Assembly: GCA_964612675.1 (NCBI GenBank)
Contig: CAZTDD010000004.1
Location: 38,386 to 102,385 of the forward strand
From: an uncultured bacterium
GTDB taxonomy: Bacteria > Hinthialibacterota > Hinthialibacteria > Hinthialibacterales > JAKPRU01
DNA length: 64,000 nucleotides
Direction: 5' to 3'
Part shown: positions 54,666 through 64,000 of the stretch, piece by piece
Position numbering within the stretch: position 1 is the first letter of the stretch
Layout: each line of letters starts with the position of its first letter
Made by a program: the position numbers and the translations under genes
Notes under the pieces: generated by a model
Told to the model about the DNA's origin: nothing
The model's database searches: none
What the model saw: the letters and a program-made list of their open reading frames with translations, nothing else

Positions 54666-55710
54666 ACCCCATTATTCCACAGATTCCCTCTCGCCTGCCG
54701 GTTCCGTCATCGCGAAGGTCCGTGAGACGATTTCCAAATACGATATGCTTGAAGGTTGTACCGGTGTGGTGGCGGCTGTCTCCGGCGGTGCGGATTCGAT
54801 TACCTTGTTACTCGCACTAAACGCACTTGCCGCCGAACACTCCCTCCATTTGCGTGTCGCACACCTGAATCACGGTTTACGCGGGGACGAGTCGGATGAA
54901 GACGAGCGATTTGTCAAACGGCTGGCGAACGAACTCGGTCTGCCGTTCCATCGCAAGCGGGTCGATGTGCGTAAACAGGCCTTCGAGCGCCGAGAAAACC
55001 TGGAGTCGGTTGCGCGGGAGGAACGGTACCGGTTCCTCACGAATCTCGCGAAACGAAACAAATGTGAAGCGGTTGCGACAGGACACACATTGGACGATCA
55101 GGCGGAGACGGTGCTGCATCACCTCGTCCGTTCAACCGGCATTGACGGGCTCACAGGAGTTGCGCCGGTCTCGGGGTACTACGGTGTCCGGGTCATTCGA
55201 CCGCTGTTAGATGTAACACGTGGCGAATTGATCCATTTCCTGCAGCAGGTTGGGTACGAGTACCGAACGGACGCGACGAACTTCGATGTTTCGCTGACCC
55301 GGAACTATATCCGTCACGAGATTGTTCCCCGGCTTGAGCACGTCAATCCGAGGGTTCGAGAAGCGTTGGGACGACTTGCGGAGATCGCGCGGGAAGAGGT
55401 GTCTGCGTGGGAACGGGAAGAGAGCGAATGGCTCAATATTCACAGTGATCATTTCGATGGAGGAATTCAAATTGATCGTGAAGCGTTCTGTGCATTGTCC
55501 AAAGCCGCCCAGCGACGGATTGTTCGGCGTCTGCTTGATGAATGTACGCCCGAGCTCCATCCGACTTTAGAGATCGTCGATTCGATTCGCGAACTGGCGG
55601 TCTCCCAGAAGGGGGGGCGAAAACGGACGCTGCGAGGGCATGCGGTGGTGACACGGCGAAAGGATCAGCTCGTGTTTTCTTCCCTAAAATCCGTTACCGA
55701 ATGTCGATAA
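54628..55710 (+). CDS. tilS: tRNA(Ile)-lysidine synthetase
   Basis: PP-loop VVAAVSGGADSITLLLAL, HLNHGLRGDESDEDERFV and ATGHTLDDQAETVL blocks. The real start is probably downstream of 54628, either ATG 54745 or an upstream non-ATG codon, because the first ~37 nt overlap the preceding gene. Confidence 0.75.
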   Translation: MPRKKPPSANLCKPHYSTDSLSPAGSVIAKVRETISKYDMLEGCTGVVAAVSGGADSITLLLALNALAAEHSLHLRVAHLNHGLRGDESDEDERFVKRLANELGLPFHRKRVDVRKQAFERRENLESVAREERYRFLTNLAKRNKCEAVATGHTLDDQAETVLHHLVRSTGIDGLTGVAPVSGYYGVRVIRPLLDVTRGELIHFLQQVGYEYRTDATNFDVSLTRNYIRHEIVPRLEHVNPRVREALGRLAEIAREEVSAWEREESEWLNIHSDHFDGGIQIDREAFCALSKAAQRRIVRRLLDECTPELHPTLEIVDSIRELAVSQKGGRKRTLRGHAVVTRRKDQLVFSSLKSVTECR

Positions 55711-55840
55711 GTGAATCCTATAGTGAAACGATACCGGGAGGGCGAAGCTCCCGCTGAGCCGCCTGTAGGAAGGGGAATCCGGCTCAGCAGGAGCTTCGCC
55801 CTCCCGCGAAAAACGAGCGTGTACTTGACTTAATGACATT
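55700..55840. repeat. Hairpin repeat family 2 copy with flanking inverted repeats
   Basis: The hairpin cgggagggcgaagctcccgctgagccg-loop-cggctcagcaggagcttcgccctcccg (55735-55806) is flanked by gaatgtcgataagtg on the left, overlapping the tilS stop, and gacttaatgacatt (55827-55840) on the right. Lies in the convergent tilS/DUF2723 gap. Confidence 0.65.
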
Positions 55841-57323
55841 AGTCCGTCACTCGCCGATAGAGCACCGCCTCGCGACTGGCGTCCGGATAATCGTAGAACA
55901 AGACCGGCTCGAAACGCTCTTTCGGCAACGAAAAGAGCTCGGGACAATCCGCGAAAAAGACGTTCAATCCGACGGGGATCTCAAGGCCGCACTCGACCAG
56001 CGGCGAAACTCCCGCTAAATACGCAGCCAACTCCTGCGGCTCCCATTCCTGCGCTGTATAAATGTGTTCCTCGGGTCGTCGGAGTTCCTTCACCCACAAG
56101 TGATACCGGAAATAATGCGCCACTTGGTAAATCTCGGTAATCAAAACACTGTCCTGCGGAACGAAACGGATAATACGTTCCGTCACACGCTGCGGGAGAA
56201 CATTCTCGCTTTGATCGACCAGTTGCCAATTCGAAACGATGAGAATCGGAAACAAAAGCAACAAAAACGCACGAGCCATACGCAACGAATATCTTTCAAC
56301 AACCACCCGCATCCCTTCCGCAATCCAAAAGACTGCCAGAAAGAAACACGGTAGAGCAAACACCTTTGCGTCATCCACACGGTACCCCGCGGCGAAAATT
56401 GCTTTCAGGATTATCGCAGGGAAGGTGAGCCAAAATAGCGGCCGGTTCCTGTTCAACAGCGACCACGCGCCTAGGATCGCGAAAATACAACCCGGCAGGA
56501 AGAATTGAAAATAAAAGAGTGACAGAAACCAGTGCGTTTGGTTGTACCAGAGTTCGCTCCAGGAAAACCCCATCATCCGACTATGGAATTTCGCACCAGA
56601 AGCGAACCGTAGAAAATCGCCGAGGGTATAGATAGGCACTTCGATATACGGACACTCGGAACGTGTGCGAATAAACAGATAGGCATATTGCGACAGCGAC
56701 AGCAGAACAAAACCGATACAGCTCAGCCAAAACATCTTCCGCCGAAACACGCGGCAATCGACTAAACAGAAGAACAGAACGAAGCCCGGCAACAGAAAAA
56801 TCGAACTTGCATGATTGCCGAACGAAACCGCGTAAAGAAAGAGAGTCGCAACCAGCCAGCGATCCTCTCGCTCTCTTTGCCAACGAACCGCGCAATAGAG
56901 AATTCCCACCAGGAACAGAACCTGAAGCGCATACACCTCGGCGACGATACACTGACTCCAGAACCGTCGGCTGAACGCAAACAAAAGAGTCGCCGCGGAG
57001 GCCACAACCGCATCCCCTGTAAGTCGGCGTAAAATAAAGAACAATACCGCCACGGCACCCGCACCGATGACCGCCGACAACAGGTTCTGGCCGTAGGCCG
57101 GTTCTTGCCAAGGCAGAAGACTCACGAGATGATTTAGCAGAAGATACTGCGGATAGCCTGTCGTGTGCGGAACACCGAGAATATGACCGAGAAAGTGAAA
57201 CTTGGCCGTATCGCCCCGGTACCCGGTACCCGGCAGAAGAGTAAACGAATAGATGACGAACGGGACCAGAAAATGGACCGCGAAGAGAAATAGATCCCGC
57301 CGGTTGTGTGTGGTGGATTTCAT
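55839..57323 (-). CDS. DUF2723 domain protein (GT-C fold, TMEM260/GT117-like putative protein O-mannosyltransferase)
   Basis: Polytopic membrane protein. HTTGYPQYLLLNH resembles the DUF2723 HPPGYPLY motif. Start chosen at Met 57323 (MKSTTHNRRDLFLFAVHFLV). The longer six-frame ORF to 57569 runs through the upstream hairpin repeat. Confidence 0.6.
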   Translation of the reverse strand: MKSTTHNRRDLFLFAVHFLVPFVIYSFTLLPGTGYRGDTAKFHFLGHILGVPHTTGYPQYLLLNHLVSLLPWQEPAYGQNLLSAVIGAGAVAVLFFILRRLTGDAVVASAATLLFAFSRRFWSQCIVAEVYALQVLFLVGILYCAVRWQREREDRWLVATLFLYAVSFGNHASSIFLLPGFVLFFCLVDCRVFRRKMFWLSCIGFVLLSLSQYAYLFIRTRSECPYIEVPIYTLGDFLRFASGAKFHSRMMGFSWSELWYNQTHWFLSLFYFQFFLPGCIFAILGAWSLLNRNRPLFWLTFPAIILKAIFAAGYRVDDAKVFALPCFFLAVFWIAEGMRVVVERYSLRMARAFLLLLFPILIVSNWQLVDQSENVLPQRVTERIIRFVPQDSVLITEIYQVAHYFRYHLWVKELRRPEEHIYTAQEWEPQELAAYLAGVSPLVECGLEIPVGLNVFFADCPELFSLPKERFEPVLFYDYPDASREAVLYRRVTD

Positions 57324-57413
57324 GGCAACACAAATGATACGCGAGTCGGGATGTTTCGAACAGATGGGAGCGGTAGTATTGAACACCATTGAGCTAGCAA
57401 CCTTTAGATTCTC

Positions 57414-57487
57414 GTCGGGAGGGCGAACCTCCGGTGAGCCGTTTGCCATTTCAGACGAGCGGCTCGGCGGGAGCCACGCCCTCCCGA
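57414..57487. repeat. Hairpin repeat family 2 copy
   Basis: gggagggcgaacctccggtgagccg-loop-cggctcggcgggagccacgccctcccg, lying in the divergent DUF2723/kinase intergenic region. Confidence 0.6.
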
Positions 57488-57670
57488 GAAAATGCCCGCA
57501 AATCGTCATTCCGAGGAGCGAAGCGACGCGGGAATCTCCCCGTTGAATCGGACAAAACGAGATGGCCACGCTTCGCTCGCCATGACGGCAACGGAGACCG
57601 CGTCTTCTTTCTTAAATCAGCGGCATCGACGGTCTGGGCTCGCGGGAAAACGCTTTTGAGAATTGATCCG

Positions 57671-58651
57671 ATGAAGATCAGCGTGATAGGAACAATCAAC
57701 TACGATCACATTTTTCTCCCCGACGAACCGGAGGAACGGACCTCATTCGGCGGGATTCTCTATAACTCGATTCGGTTGGCTGTGTTGTTCGGCGACCGCG
57801 CGGAGATCTATCCGGTGAGCCGTATCGGACGAAACCACCGCGACCCCATCGCACAAATGTTATCCGATTATCCCTCGATCCGGCTGGATGGTCTTCTGGA
57901 CAGTCCGCTCGGGACCAACGAGGCGTATCTCTACTTCACCGACAGCAAAAACCGCAGCGAACGGATTATCCTCCATGCGGAGCCCCTGGCACAGGACGAT
58001 ATCGAACCGTTCCTCGATTCGGATTTCATTCATTTCAATTTCATCTCCGGCAAGGAAGTCAATAAAGAGACTTTTCATATACTGGCCAGACAAACAGAGG
58101 CCGATCTATCAATGGATATCCACAACCTCATCGGTAATTTCGAGTTGGATGGGATTCCATCGAAACGCGTCTTCACCGATTGGCCCGAGTGGGTTGCGCC
58201 GTTGGAATTTGTACAGATGAATGAAACGGAGGCTTCTTTTCTAGTGGGCGATGAAGTTTTCACTGATGCGGAGCGCTTGATTCCAATCGGTGTGAATCTG
58301 GTTGAGGCGGGACCGCGCTCGGCGCTGATAACGCTTGGAAAGGATGGTGCGATTGTGGTGTACCGCCGGGACGATTCAACTTTCGCCGCGTACGTACCTG
58401 GGACCTCGCATCAGCCGGTCAATACAACGGGATGCGGTGATGCGTTCTCCTCCGGTTATCGATTCGCTCTATGTGAAGGGCTTGATCCGCTTCGCGCTAC
58501 ACTTTTCGCGAATACTGTTGCCGGAATGAACGCAGCGACAGAAGGGATCGGTGAGAGCAGGCCGGTGGAGGATTACTGGCGGGAGATGCGGGATGAATAT
58601 GGGGAGCTACTCGCGCGAATTGAGTCCGGCTGGTGTGGGGACGGTGTTTAG
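57671..58651 (+). CDS. PfkB family carbohydrate kinase (ribokinase-like)
   Basis: NTTGCGDAFSSG is the PfkB catalytic/anion-hole signature. Start at ATG 57671 (MKISVIGTINYDHIF); the upstream part of the six-frame ORF covers the repeat. Confidence 0.75.
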   Translation: MKISVIGTINYDHIFLPDEPEERTSFGGILYNSIRLAVLFGDRAEIYPVSRIGRNHRDPIAQMLSDYPSIRLDGLLDSPLGTNEAYLYFTDSKNRSERIILHAEPLAQDDIEPFLDSDFIHFNFISGKEVNKETFHILARQTEADLSMDIHNLIGNFELDGIPSKRVFTDWPEWVAPLEFVQMNETEASFLVGDEVFTDAERLIPIGVNLVEAGPRSALITLGKDGAIVVYRRDDSTFAAYVPGTSHQPVNTTGCGDAFSSGYRFALCEGLDPLRATLFANTVAGMNAATEGIGESRPVEDYWREMRDEYGELLARIESGWCGDGV

Positions 58652-58798
58652 ACTGAAGATTCTGAGATTTGCGATATACTTCGGATTGCGAGGGGTTGTG
58701 CACATTGGGTTGGCTTCCTGACAGCCGTCTGAGATGAACGGGGTGGCAAAAAGCCGATGAGAGTGGGAAAACAGAAATCTTCAACCCCCTCTGTATCT

Positions 58799-58939
58799 CA
58801 ATGTCATTAAGTTAGGAAAGGGCGAAGCCGTCTACTGGGAGGGCGAGGCTCCCGCCGAGCCGAAATGAAGAAAAATGCGGCTCACCAGGAGGTTCGCCCT
58901 CCCCTCGCTCCTTCTCTGAAACTTAACTTAATGACATTG
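58799..58939. repeat. Hairpin repeat family 2 copy with terminal inverted repeats caatgtcattaagtt / aacttaatgacattg
   Basis: Arms ctgggagggcgaggctcccgccgagccg (58835-58862) and cggctcaccaggaggttcgccctcccc (58878-58904), with a 15-nt A-rich loop. Perfect 15-bp TIRs at 58799-58813 and 58925-58939. Confidence 0.7.
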
Positions 58940-59230
58940 CTCTGTATCTCCCCCAGGCTTGGGGGAGAAGATGCTGCAGACACGCTCGTTTCTTTTTCCT
59001 CCCCCGAAGATCGGGGGAGGTTAGGAGGGGGTTGAGGTCTGCATCGCGTACTTTTTACCGCACTGCCAAGATTGCCGAGGAAGAACGTGTTCACACCCTC
59101 CGATTGAACGACTTAGCGCGCCAATGTCGCAGATCTTTCTGGTTGTCCGGCAGTTGTATTCCAAAACGGATAGCGAGAAGGTGGAGAGTCCAATCATGAG
59201 CACCACATTGAGAGAGAGGAAGGTCCGTAG

Positions 59231-62200
59231 ATGCGCAGGAAAGAAACGCTCCTGTCCATCGTGCTCCTTGTTGCCGTACTCGCACCGCAGTGTTCCGCAG
59301 TTGAACAGCAACACGAGCCCCTCATCCTGGGCGGCGTAGAACTCGACGTCGCGCAACTGTCAAAGAAGAGTCCACTCAGTCTCAAGCACATCCCAGCCCC
59401 CGGTCTCCATCACGCGATTGTCCAGTTTTCAAAGCCTCTGTCGCCCGACGAACGAAAGACAATCAGACAAAGGCAAGTTGATTTCCTGCAGTACATACCG
59501 CCCTATGCCTATTTCATCTCCGGCACACGCGAGGCGTTTCTTCAGCTGGAAAGACACAAAAACGTCGTGGGAGTCATCCTCGTTCCGCACGAAGTGAAGT
59601 TGGACGAAGTCATCCGATCCTCTGCGAGGACGCCTTCAAAAACACAGGGAAAGAAACCCAGTGCAATCCGACGCGAGCAGTTCAAAGTTGTTTTCTTTGA
59701 AGACACTTCCTTCAAACAGGCAAGACGTGCTCTTGCGGCAAACGGTGCGATTCCGGCTGCAACGCAAACCGATTTCGACTTTCGACAGACAATCGATTCC
59801 GTCAGGATCCCGGTTCACCGCGTGGAAGACCTGGCGAAAGAAGACTGTGTCTATCTGATCACTGAAGTCGATCCGCCGGCACGCCCTTTGAATTTGGACG
59901 CACAAGATACCTCGAACGTGGACGAGATCCAGCCGAAAGGCGACGCGGGCTACAACCTCGACGGGAGTGGCGTAACCGTCGGCGTATGGGACGTCGGCCG
60001 TGTCAATATCAACCATGAGCAAATCCTCGACCGCGCCAAGCAGATGGATTCAGCGGCGTTTGGTTTCAACGACCATGCGAGCCACGTCGCGGGAACCATT
60101 GCGGGCAGCGGTACGAAAACGGTGCAAGCGAAGGGAATGGCGCCCGCCGCGAAGCTGCTTTGTTGGGATACGGGAAGCGATCTCAGAGAGATGGATCAGT
60201 ATGCCCATCTAATCTCGATTTCGAATCATTCTTATGCGAGCAGTATCAGCGAGGAAACGGACCGTCAGCACAGGCCCACAGCAAGTTACGGCCACCTAGG
60301 CATCTACGGCACGATCAGCCAAGCCTGGGATCGGCTTGTGGACGATCACGATGTGATTGTGATTCGCTCGGCGGGAAACGAGCGAAGGTTTATTACAGCG
60401 GACGGTGAATCCACAATGGACAACCCGTACCCCGAGGAGTTCGATACCATCCTATCGGTTGCCGCTGCGAAAAACCTCATTTCGGTTGGGGCCGTCGAAG
60501 ATTTGACCGACGAGCCGCCGGTGCCGGACGACAACAGCATGACCGGTTTCTCGAGCTGGGGACCGACAAATGATGGTCGGATTAAGCCGGACGTCGTCGC
60601 GAACGGCAGACGGCTCTACTCGATGATCGCGGACGCTGACGATGCTTATGCGAGTAATTCCGGCACCTCGATGTCCGGTCCTACCGTGGCGGGAATCGCC
60701 GCGTGTCTCGTTCAGCAGTTTCGCAAAACATTCGACGGTGCGGACCCGACTTCCGCCACAATGAAATCGATTTTGATTCATACCGCGATTGATGGCGGTT
60801 CGCTGCCCGGACCCGACTATCGGTTCGGCTGGGGCCTGGTGGATGCGCGAGCCGCCGCCGATTTCATCTTCAAGCACGGCGTGGACGGCAACCACATCGA
60901 ACTGGGCGCGTACAGCGACACGGTTCTGCAGTATCCAATGACCTATACCGGTTCCGGTCCGATTAAGGCGACCATGGTGTGGAAAGATCCTCCGGGGATT
61001 CCTATCTCGGGCTCCCTTTCGGAGACGACACCGAATCTAGTGAACGATCTCAACCTCCATGTATTTGCTCCTGACGGAACGTACTTCCCATATACCTTGG
61101 ATCCATCCGCGCCATTGGAACCCGCCCGGCAGGATACCGAAAACCACCGGGACAATGTCGAACAGGTCTTCATCGAATCGCCTGTGGAAGGTTCGTATGC
61201 AATCTGGGTGGACGGTCAAGTCAACCTGGGGGATGCGCAGGAATTCGCGCTGTGTATTTCCGGTCTGGAATACGGCGGCGATGCTCCCCACGCGATGCAC
61301 ACGGTAATCATGACACCGAAAAGGAGCGATATTCTCTCGGAGACGGTGCCGATTCGCGCTCATTTTATTGATAACCAGGGCGCTTCGAAAATGACGTTCA
61401 ACGTGGATGGAGCGGTGATCGACGATCCCGAAACCGATGAGGTCGAAGGCGAAATCATATTTGAATCGCCGGAGAATCAGGGCGTACACAGTGCGCAGTG
61501 GGATTCGTCGACTGTCGCCAACGGCAGTCACACGATTGAGGTGACGGTCACCTCATCGGACGACATGACTCACACACGGGGAATTTCGGCCTATGTCATT
61601 AACGAGGTGACGTATACCGAGCTGCTGCTTGACGGTCCCACAAAGTACGGCAGGACGTGGCCGTCGGAGGATGAAGATTGGTTTGTTTTTGAGGCGCCGG
61701 ATTCCGCCACGTATACCGTTGAAACGCTGCGGGCCTGGGATCTGCAGCCGATGGATACGGTGTTGACGCTGTACGCGTCAGGTGCCGAAAGCAGCCCCAT
61801 CGCGGTGAATGACGACGGCGGACGCGGTATCCTGTCGAGAATTACGCAGGTGTTCGAGGGCGGACATGATTATCTTGTGAAAGTTAGTTCGTTTGGAAAA
61901 GCAACGGGCGCGTACGGAATTCGTTTGCGTACCGCAACCGAAGAACCCACCGCACAGATCGTTAACCTGGAGGTCAACGGTCCGAAAGTCTCCAGCTTCG
62001 AAATCACCTCCGATCTCGATCAGTGGTACCGGTTCACCACCGAGCGCTTCGGAACCTATCACATCGTGACCTCGCCGGTTTCCGACGGGGTCGGAGCGGG
62101 GCCGCAGATTCTTCTGTACGATTCGAATAACGAGAAAGTGCTGGCGAGTTCCACTCGCGGAACCCGTCTCTTCAGCCGGGTTTTGCCGGGAGGACAGACC

Positions 62201-63109
62201 TATCTGGTGAACGCGGTTCTTTCGAAGGAGTCGCCCGACGCGTATCTGATCGGAGTCGAGAACGAGACCGTCGGCGAGCTGACGGAGTTGGTTTTGGATG
62301 GTCCCGAACTCAGTGGACATCTCCCATCGGCAGCGACCGGCGAAGCGTGGTATTGGCTGCGAGCGCCCTCGGGGGGTACGTACATGGTTGCCGAACTTGC
62401 TAGTGTCACCGAGGAGTTTGTGACGGGTCCGAATCTCTCGCTTTACGGCCCGCGCGATCCGAACGAACTTGTTCGAACGGGTGACCCGCGTCCCTCCGAG
62501 CGGATACGGAAGAAACTCGCGTCGATGCTTCGGGGCGACCGAGTCTATTATCTGAAAGTGGAGCCGGAGGGCTGGAGCGGCGGCTATACTATCGCAGCGC
62601 GGGAACTCGAAATCGGTACGCTGTATTCGATTACGCGCTCGTTTTCTGCGGAGGGGTATACGCCCGGCGAGTCGATGAGGGTTACACTCGAGGTCAGCAC
62701 CAATGGCGACACGTTGGTGAATGTCGATGAAATCGTCGAGGTTCTTCCTCCGGGCTGGACAGCGGGCGACCTTTCGTCTCCCGGTTTCAAGCAGGGCATG
62801 ACGGGAATATTCCTGCGTTGGCCGTGGGTGCCGGAAGGAACGAACAAGGTCACGTACACGGCGTTCCCGCCGGATGACGCTGCAGGTTTTTATTCGTTTT
62901 ACGGTCAGCTTTCATACCGTATCGGTAAGAAGCTGCATGCGGTGTTCACATTGGAGCGGCGGCGTATCGGCCCCGCGGCGCAAGGTCTCGGCTCCTGGTT
63001 CTCGCCGCTGCAACGGTCTTCGGTGGGTGTTGGTGTAGATATCCCGTACGTGCAACCAAAAGACAATCCAATCCGAAGCGCCATGGAATTCTGGCAGGAG
63101 TATCGGTGA
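59231..63109 (+). CDS. S8 family (subtilisin-like) serine peptidase, 1292 aa, with N-terminal propeptide-like region and C-terminal beta-rich (PPC-like) domains
   Basis: Signal peptide LLSIVLLVAVLAPQCSA. Catalytic triad blocks: VTVGVWDVG (Asp), HASHVAGTIAG (His) and GTSMSGPTVAGIAA (Ser). Oxyanion AGNE. Confidence 0.85.
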   Translation: MRRKETLLSIVLLVAVLAPQCSAVEQQHEPLILGGVELDVAQLSKKSPLSLKHIPAPGLHHAIVQFSKPLSPDERKTIRQRQVDFLQYIPPYAYFISGTREAFLQLERHKNVVGVILVPHEVKLDEVIRSSARTPSKTQGKKPSAIRREQFKVVFFEDTSFKQARRALAANGAIPAATQTDFDFRQTIDSVRIPVHRVEDLAKEDCVYLITEVDPPARPLNLDAQDTSNVDEIQPKGDAGYNLDGSGVTVGVWDVGRVNINHEQILDRAKQMDSAAFGFNDHASHVAGTIAGSGTKTVQAKGMAPAAKLLCWDTGSDLREMDQYAHLISISNHSYASSISEETDRQHRPTASYGHLGIYGTISQAWDRLVDDHDVIVIRSAGNERRFITADGESTMDNPYPEEFDTILSVAAAKNLISVGAVEDLTDEPPVPDDNSMTGFSSWGPTNDGRIKPDVVANGRRLYSMIADADDAYASNSGTSMSGPTVAGIAACLVQQFRKTFDGADPTSATMKSILIHTAIDGGSLPGPDYRFGWGLVDARAAADFIFKHGVDGNHIELGAYSDTVLQYPMTYTGSGPIKATMVWKDPPGIPISGSLSETTPNLVNDLNLHVFAPDGTYFPYTLDPSAPLEPARQDTENHRDNVEQVFIESPVEGSYAIWVDGQVNLGDAQEFALCISGLEYGGDAPHAMHTVIMTPKRSDILSETVPIRAHFIDNQGASKMTFNVDGAVIDDPETDEVEGEIIFESPENQGVHSAQWDSSTVANGSHTIEVTVTSSDDMTHTRGISAYVINEVTYTELLLDGPTKYGRTWPSEDEDWFVFEAPDSATYTVETLRAWDLQPMDTVLTLYASGAESSPIAVNDDGGRGILSRITQVFEGGHDYLVKVSSFGKATGAYGIRLRTATEEPTAQIVNLEVNGPKVSSFEITSDLDQWYRFTTERFGTYHIVTSPVSDGVGAGPQILLYDSNNEKVLASSTRGTRLFSRVLPGGQTYLVNAVLSKESPDAYLIGVENETVGELTELVLDGPELSGHLPSAATGEAWYWLRAPSGGTYMVAELASVTEEFVTGPNLSLYGPRDPNELVRTGDPRPSERIRKKLASMLRGDRVYYLKVEPEGWSGGYTIAARELEIGTLYSITRSFSAEGYTPGESMRVTLEVSTNGDTLVNVDEIVEVLPPGWTAGDLSSPGFKQGMTGIFLRWPWVPEGTNKVTYTAFPPDDAAGFYSFYGQLSYRIGKKLHAVFTLERRRIGPAAQGLGSWFSPLQRSSVGVGVDIPYVQPKDNPIRSAMEFWQEYR

Positions 63110-63144
63110 CCCGAGTGGCCCCGTTCGATCAAATCAAGCGTGTG

Positions 63145-63196
63145 CCACCTCCAAGGGTACCGCCCCCGACTCCGTTTGGAGGTGGTTGTGTTTTTA
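63145..63196 (+). terminator. Rho-independent terminator candidate downstream of the S8 peptidase
   Basis: The stem ccacctccaa (63145-63154) pairs with ttggaggtgg (63176-63185) around a 21-nt loop. A T-rich tract ttgtgtttttat follows. Confidence 0.5.
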
Positions 63197-63580
63197 TGCA
63201 TGGTCCCCTCTTTCGTGTTTCATTGTCTGAATCATGATGGTCAGGATGATAATTTTTCCAAAATCATAATGAATATCATCTAATCTAGATATCTGAATTT
63301 ACACATTACTCCATCCCTATTGAGGCTTGGGCTATGTGAAGGCGGTCACAGGAATCGCCACGGGTTGGAGGTCTGGTCGAGCCGGTGTAATGAGGTATGC
63401 TGCATTATGGCGTTCGCGAATTCCTGGAAGGATACAAGTCACACCCCGCCGGATAGTGGACATGCAGGCTTCTATCGCCGGCGAACAGGCCACCATGCGG
63501 ACGACTCTCGTTATGACAAATACAAACGTGTTGGCCATCAGCACGTTTTGACGGGCCGCTAAGTATAACAAGGGAAGATA

Positions 63581-64000
63581 ATGACCAGCAGGCGGCAGTC
63601 AACACTTTTCGATCTCGACGACGGCGGGAATTTGAACCCCGTGATTGCTCCGCCCGATGGCTGGGAGCCCAAACCGGCTCCCTTCTTCTCACCTGAAAGA
63701 ATCATTCTCGCCAAGGGAAGCACAACGAGCTCTGAACGGGCAGAACTCGCGCGTCAGATTTGCGACACCTACCCGAACGCGGAGATCGTCGAAGAAAAGG
63801 AGACTCCCCATTCCCTCATCAAGATCGAAGGATCGTCACTCCTCGACCGACACCGTGTGGGAAAGAAAACATTGGTCCTGGGCGAATTGAATGACGCCGT
63901 TCGCTTCAGCGAAGAGAAAGGAAATACTTGCCCGAATTACTGGCATTTCTCCCCGTACGGTTTCTGTCCGTACGGCTGTCGCTATTGCTACCTGGCAGGG
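63581..64000 (+). CDS. SPL-family radical SAM protein (spore photoproduct lyase/DNA repair photolyase-like), 5' partial; runs off window
   Basis: ATG at 63581 preceded by AAGGGAAG. The open frame to the window end finishes ...CPNYWHFSPYGFCPYGCRYCYLAG, i.e. the Cx3Cx2C-Y radical SAM motif characteristic of SplB-like proteins. An AT-rich putative promoter lies at 63200-63300. Confidence 0.55.
   Translation, partial: MTSRRQSTLFDLDDGGNLNPVIAPPDGWEPKPAPFFSPERIILAKGSTTSSERAELARQICDTYPNAEIVEEKETPHSLIKIEGSSLLDRHRVGKKTLVLGELNDAVRFSEEKGNTCPNYWHFSPYGFCPYGCRYCYLAG

Noticed and set aside
56581-57333. 250-aa minus-strand alternative-frame ORF within the DUF2723 gene
   Set aside because: It is in the same region as the TM-rich DUF2723 frame, which has clear membrane-protein character. 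The alternative frame is Arg/Cys-rich.
63320-63571. Small ORFs (74-80 aa) in the gap before the radical SAM gene
   Set aside because: They are mutually overlapping on both strands in an AT-rich, promoter-like region, with no RBS or motif support.

Overview
This is a high-GC (~55-60% by eye), gene-dense bacterial chromosomal window with about 50 protein genes, one tRNA-Cys, no rRNA, no CRISPR array and no obvious mobile-element genes. Many long antisense shadow ORFs suggest a MAG-like source. A DUF1559-like prepilin and several giant secreted proteins hint at a PVC-type or candidate-phylum organism, but the phylum cannot be assigned.

Main content:
- Four tandem Uma2/DUF820 nuclease paralogs.
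- A polyamine pair: archaeal-type pyruvoyl arginine decarboxylase (pdaD) plus agmatinase (speB).
- Three glycosyltransferase-like genes: a GT-C enzyme fused to an NHL propeller, a GT9 heptosyltransferase and a DUF2723 GT-C protein.
- A GH116-family giant protein, an ECF sigma/anti-sigma pair, a frame-shifted HEPN/MNT toxin-antitoxin pair, larC, tilS, a PfkB kinase and a 1292-aa S8 subtilase.
- A spirochete/Firmicute-style flagellar block on the minus strand, in order fliK-flgD-flgE-flbD-motA-motB-motB followed by a Maf glycosyltransferase.

The most unusual observations:
1. The flagellar block is atypical. FlgE is 1027 aa, FliK is 853 aa with 36-bp tandem repeats, and two MotB paralogs have N-termini that are identical in protein but diverged synonymously in DNA, beside a single MotA. 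Two Maf (DUF115) paralogs and a convergent B12-radical-SAM gene sit nearby, a FliF C-terminal fragment lies 23 kb away, and the minus-strand gene run extends upstream through an M20 peptidase, a 189-aa membrane protein and three tandem small membrane-protein paralogs.
2. Three unrelated families of dispersed palindromic or MITE-like repeats occupy intergenic regions: a GGAGTT[C/G]AACTCC hairpin core, an element with GTCGCAAAAAGTC terminal inverted repeats, and a GGGAGGGCGAAGCTCC hairpin flanked by AATGTCATTAAGTT inverted repeats.
3. Several small tandem duplications and frameshifts disrupt genes (28-bp and 15-bp duplications, an amidohydrolase internal deletion, two +1 shifts in HEPN). These may be real pseudogenisation or assembly error.
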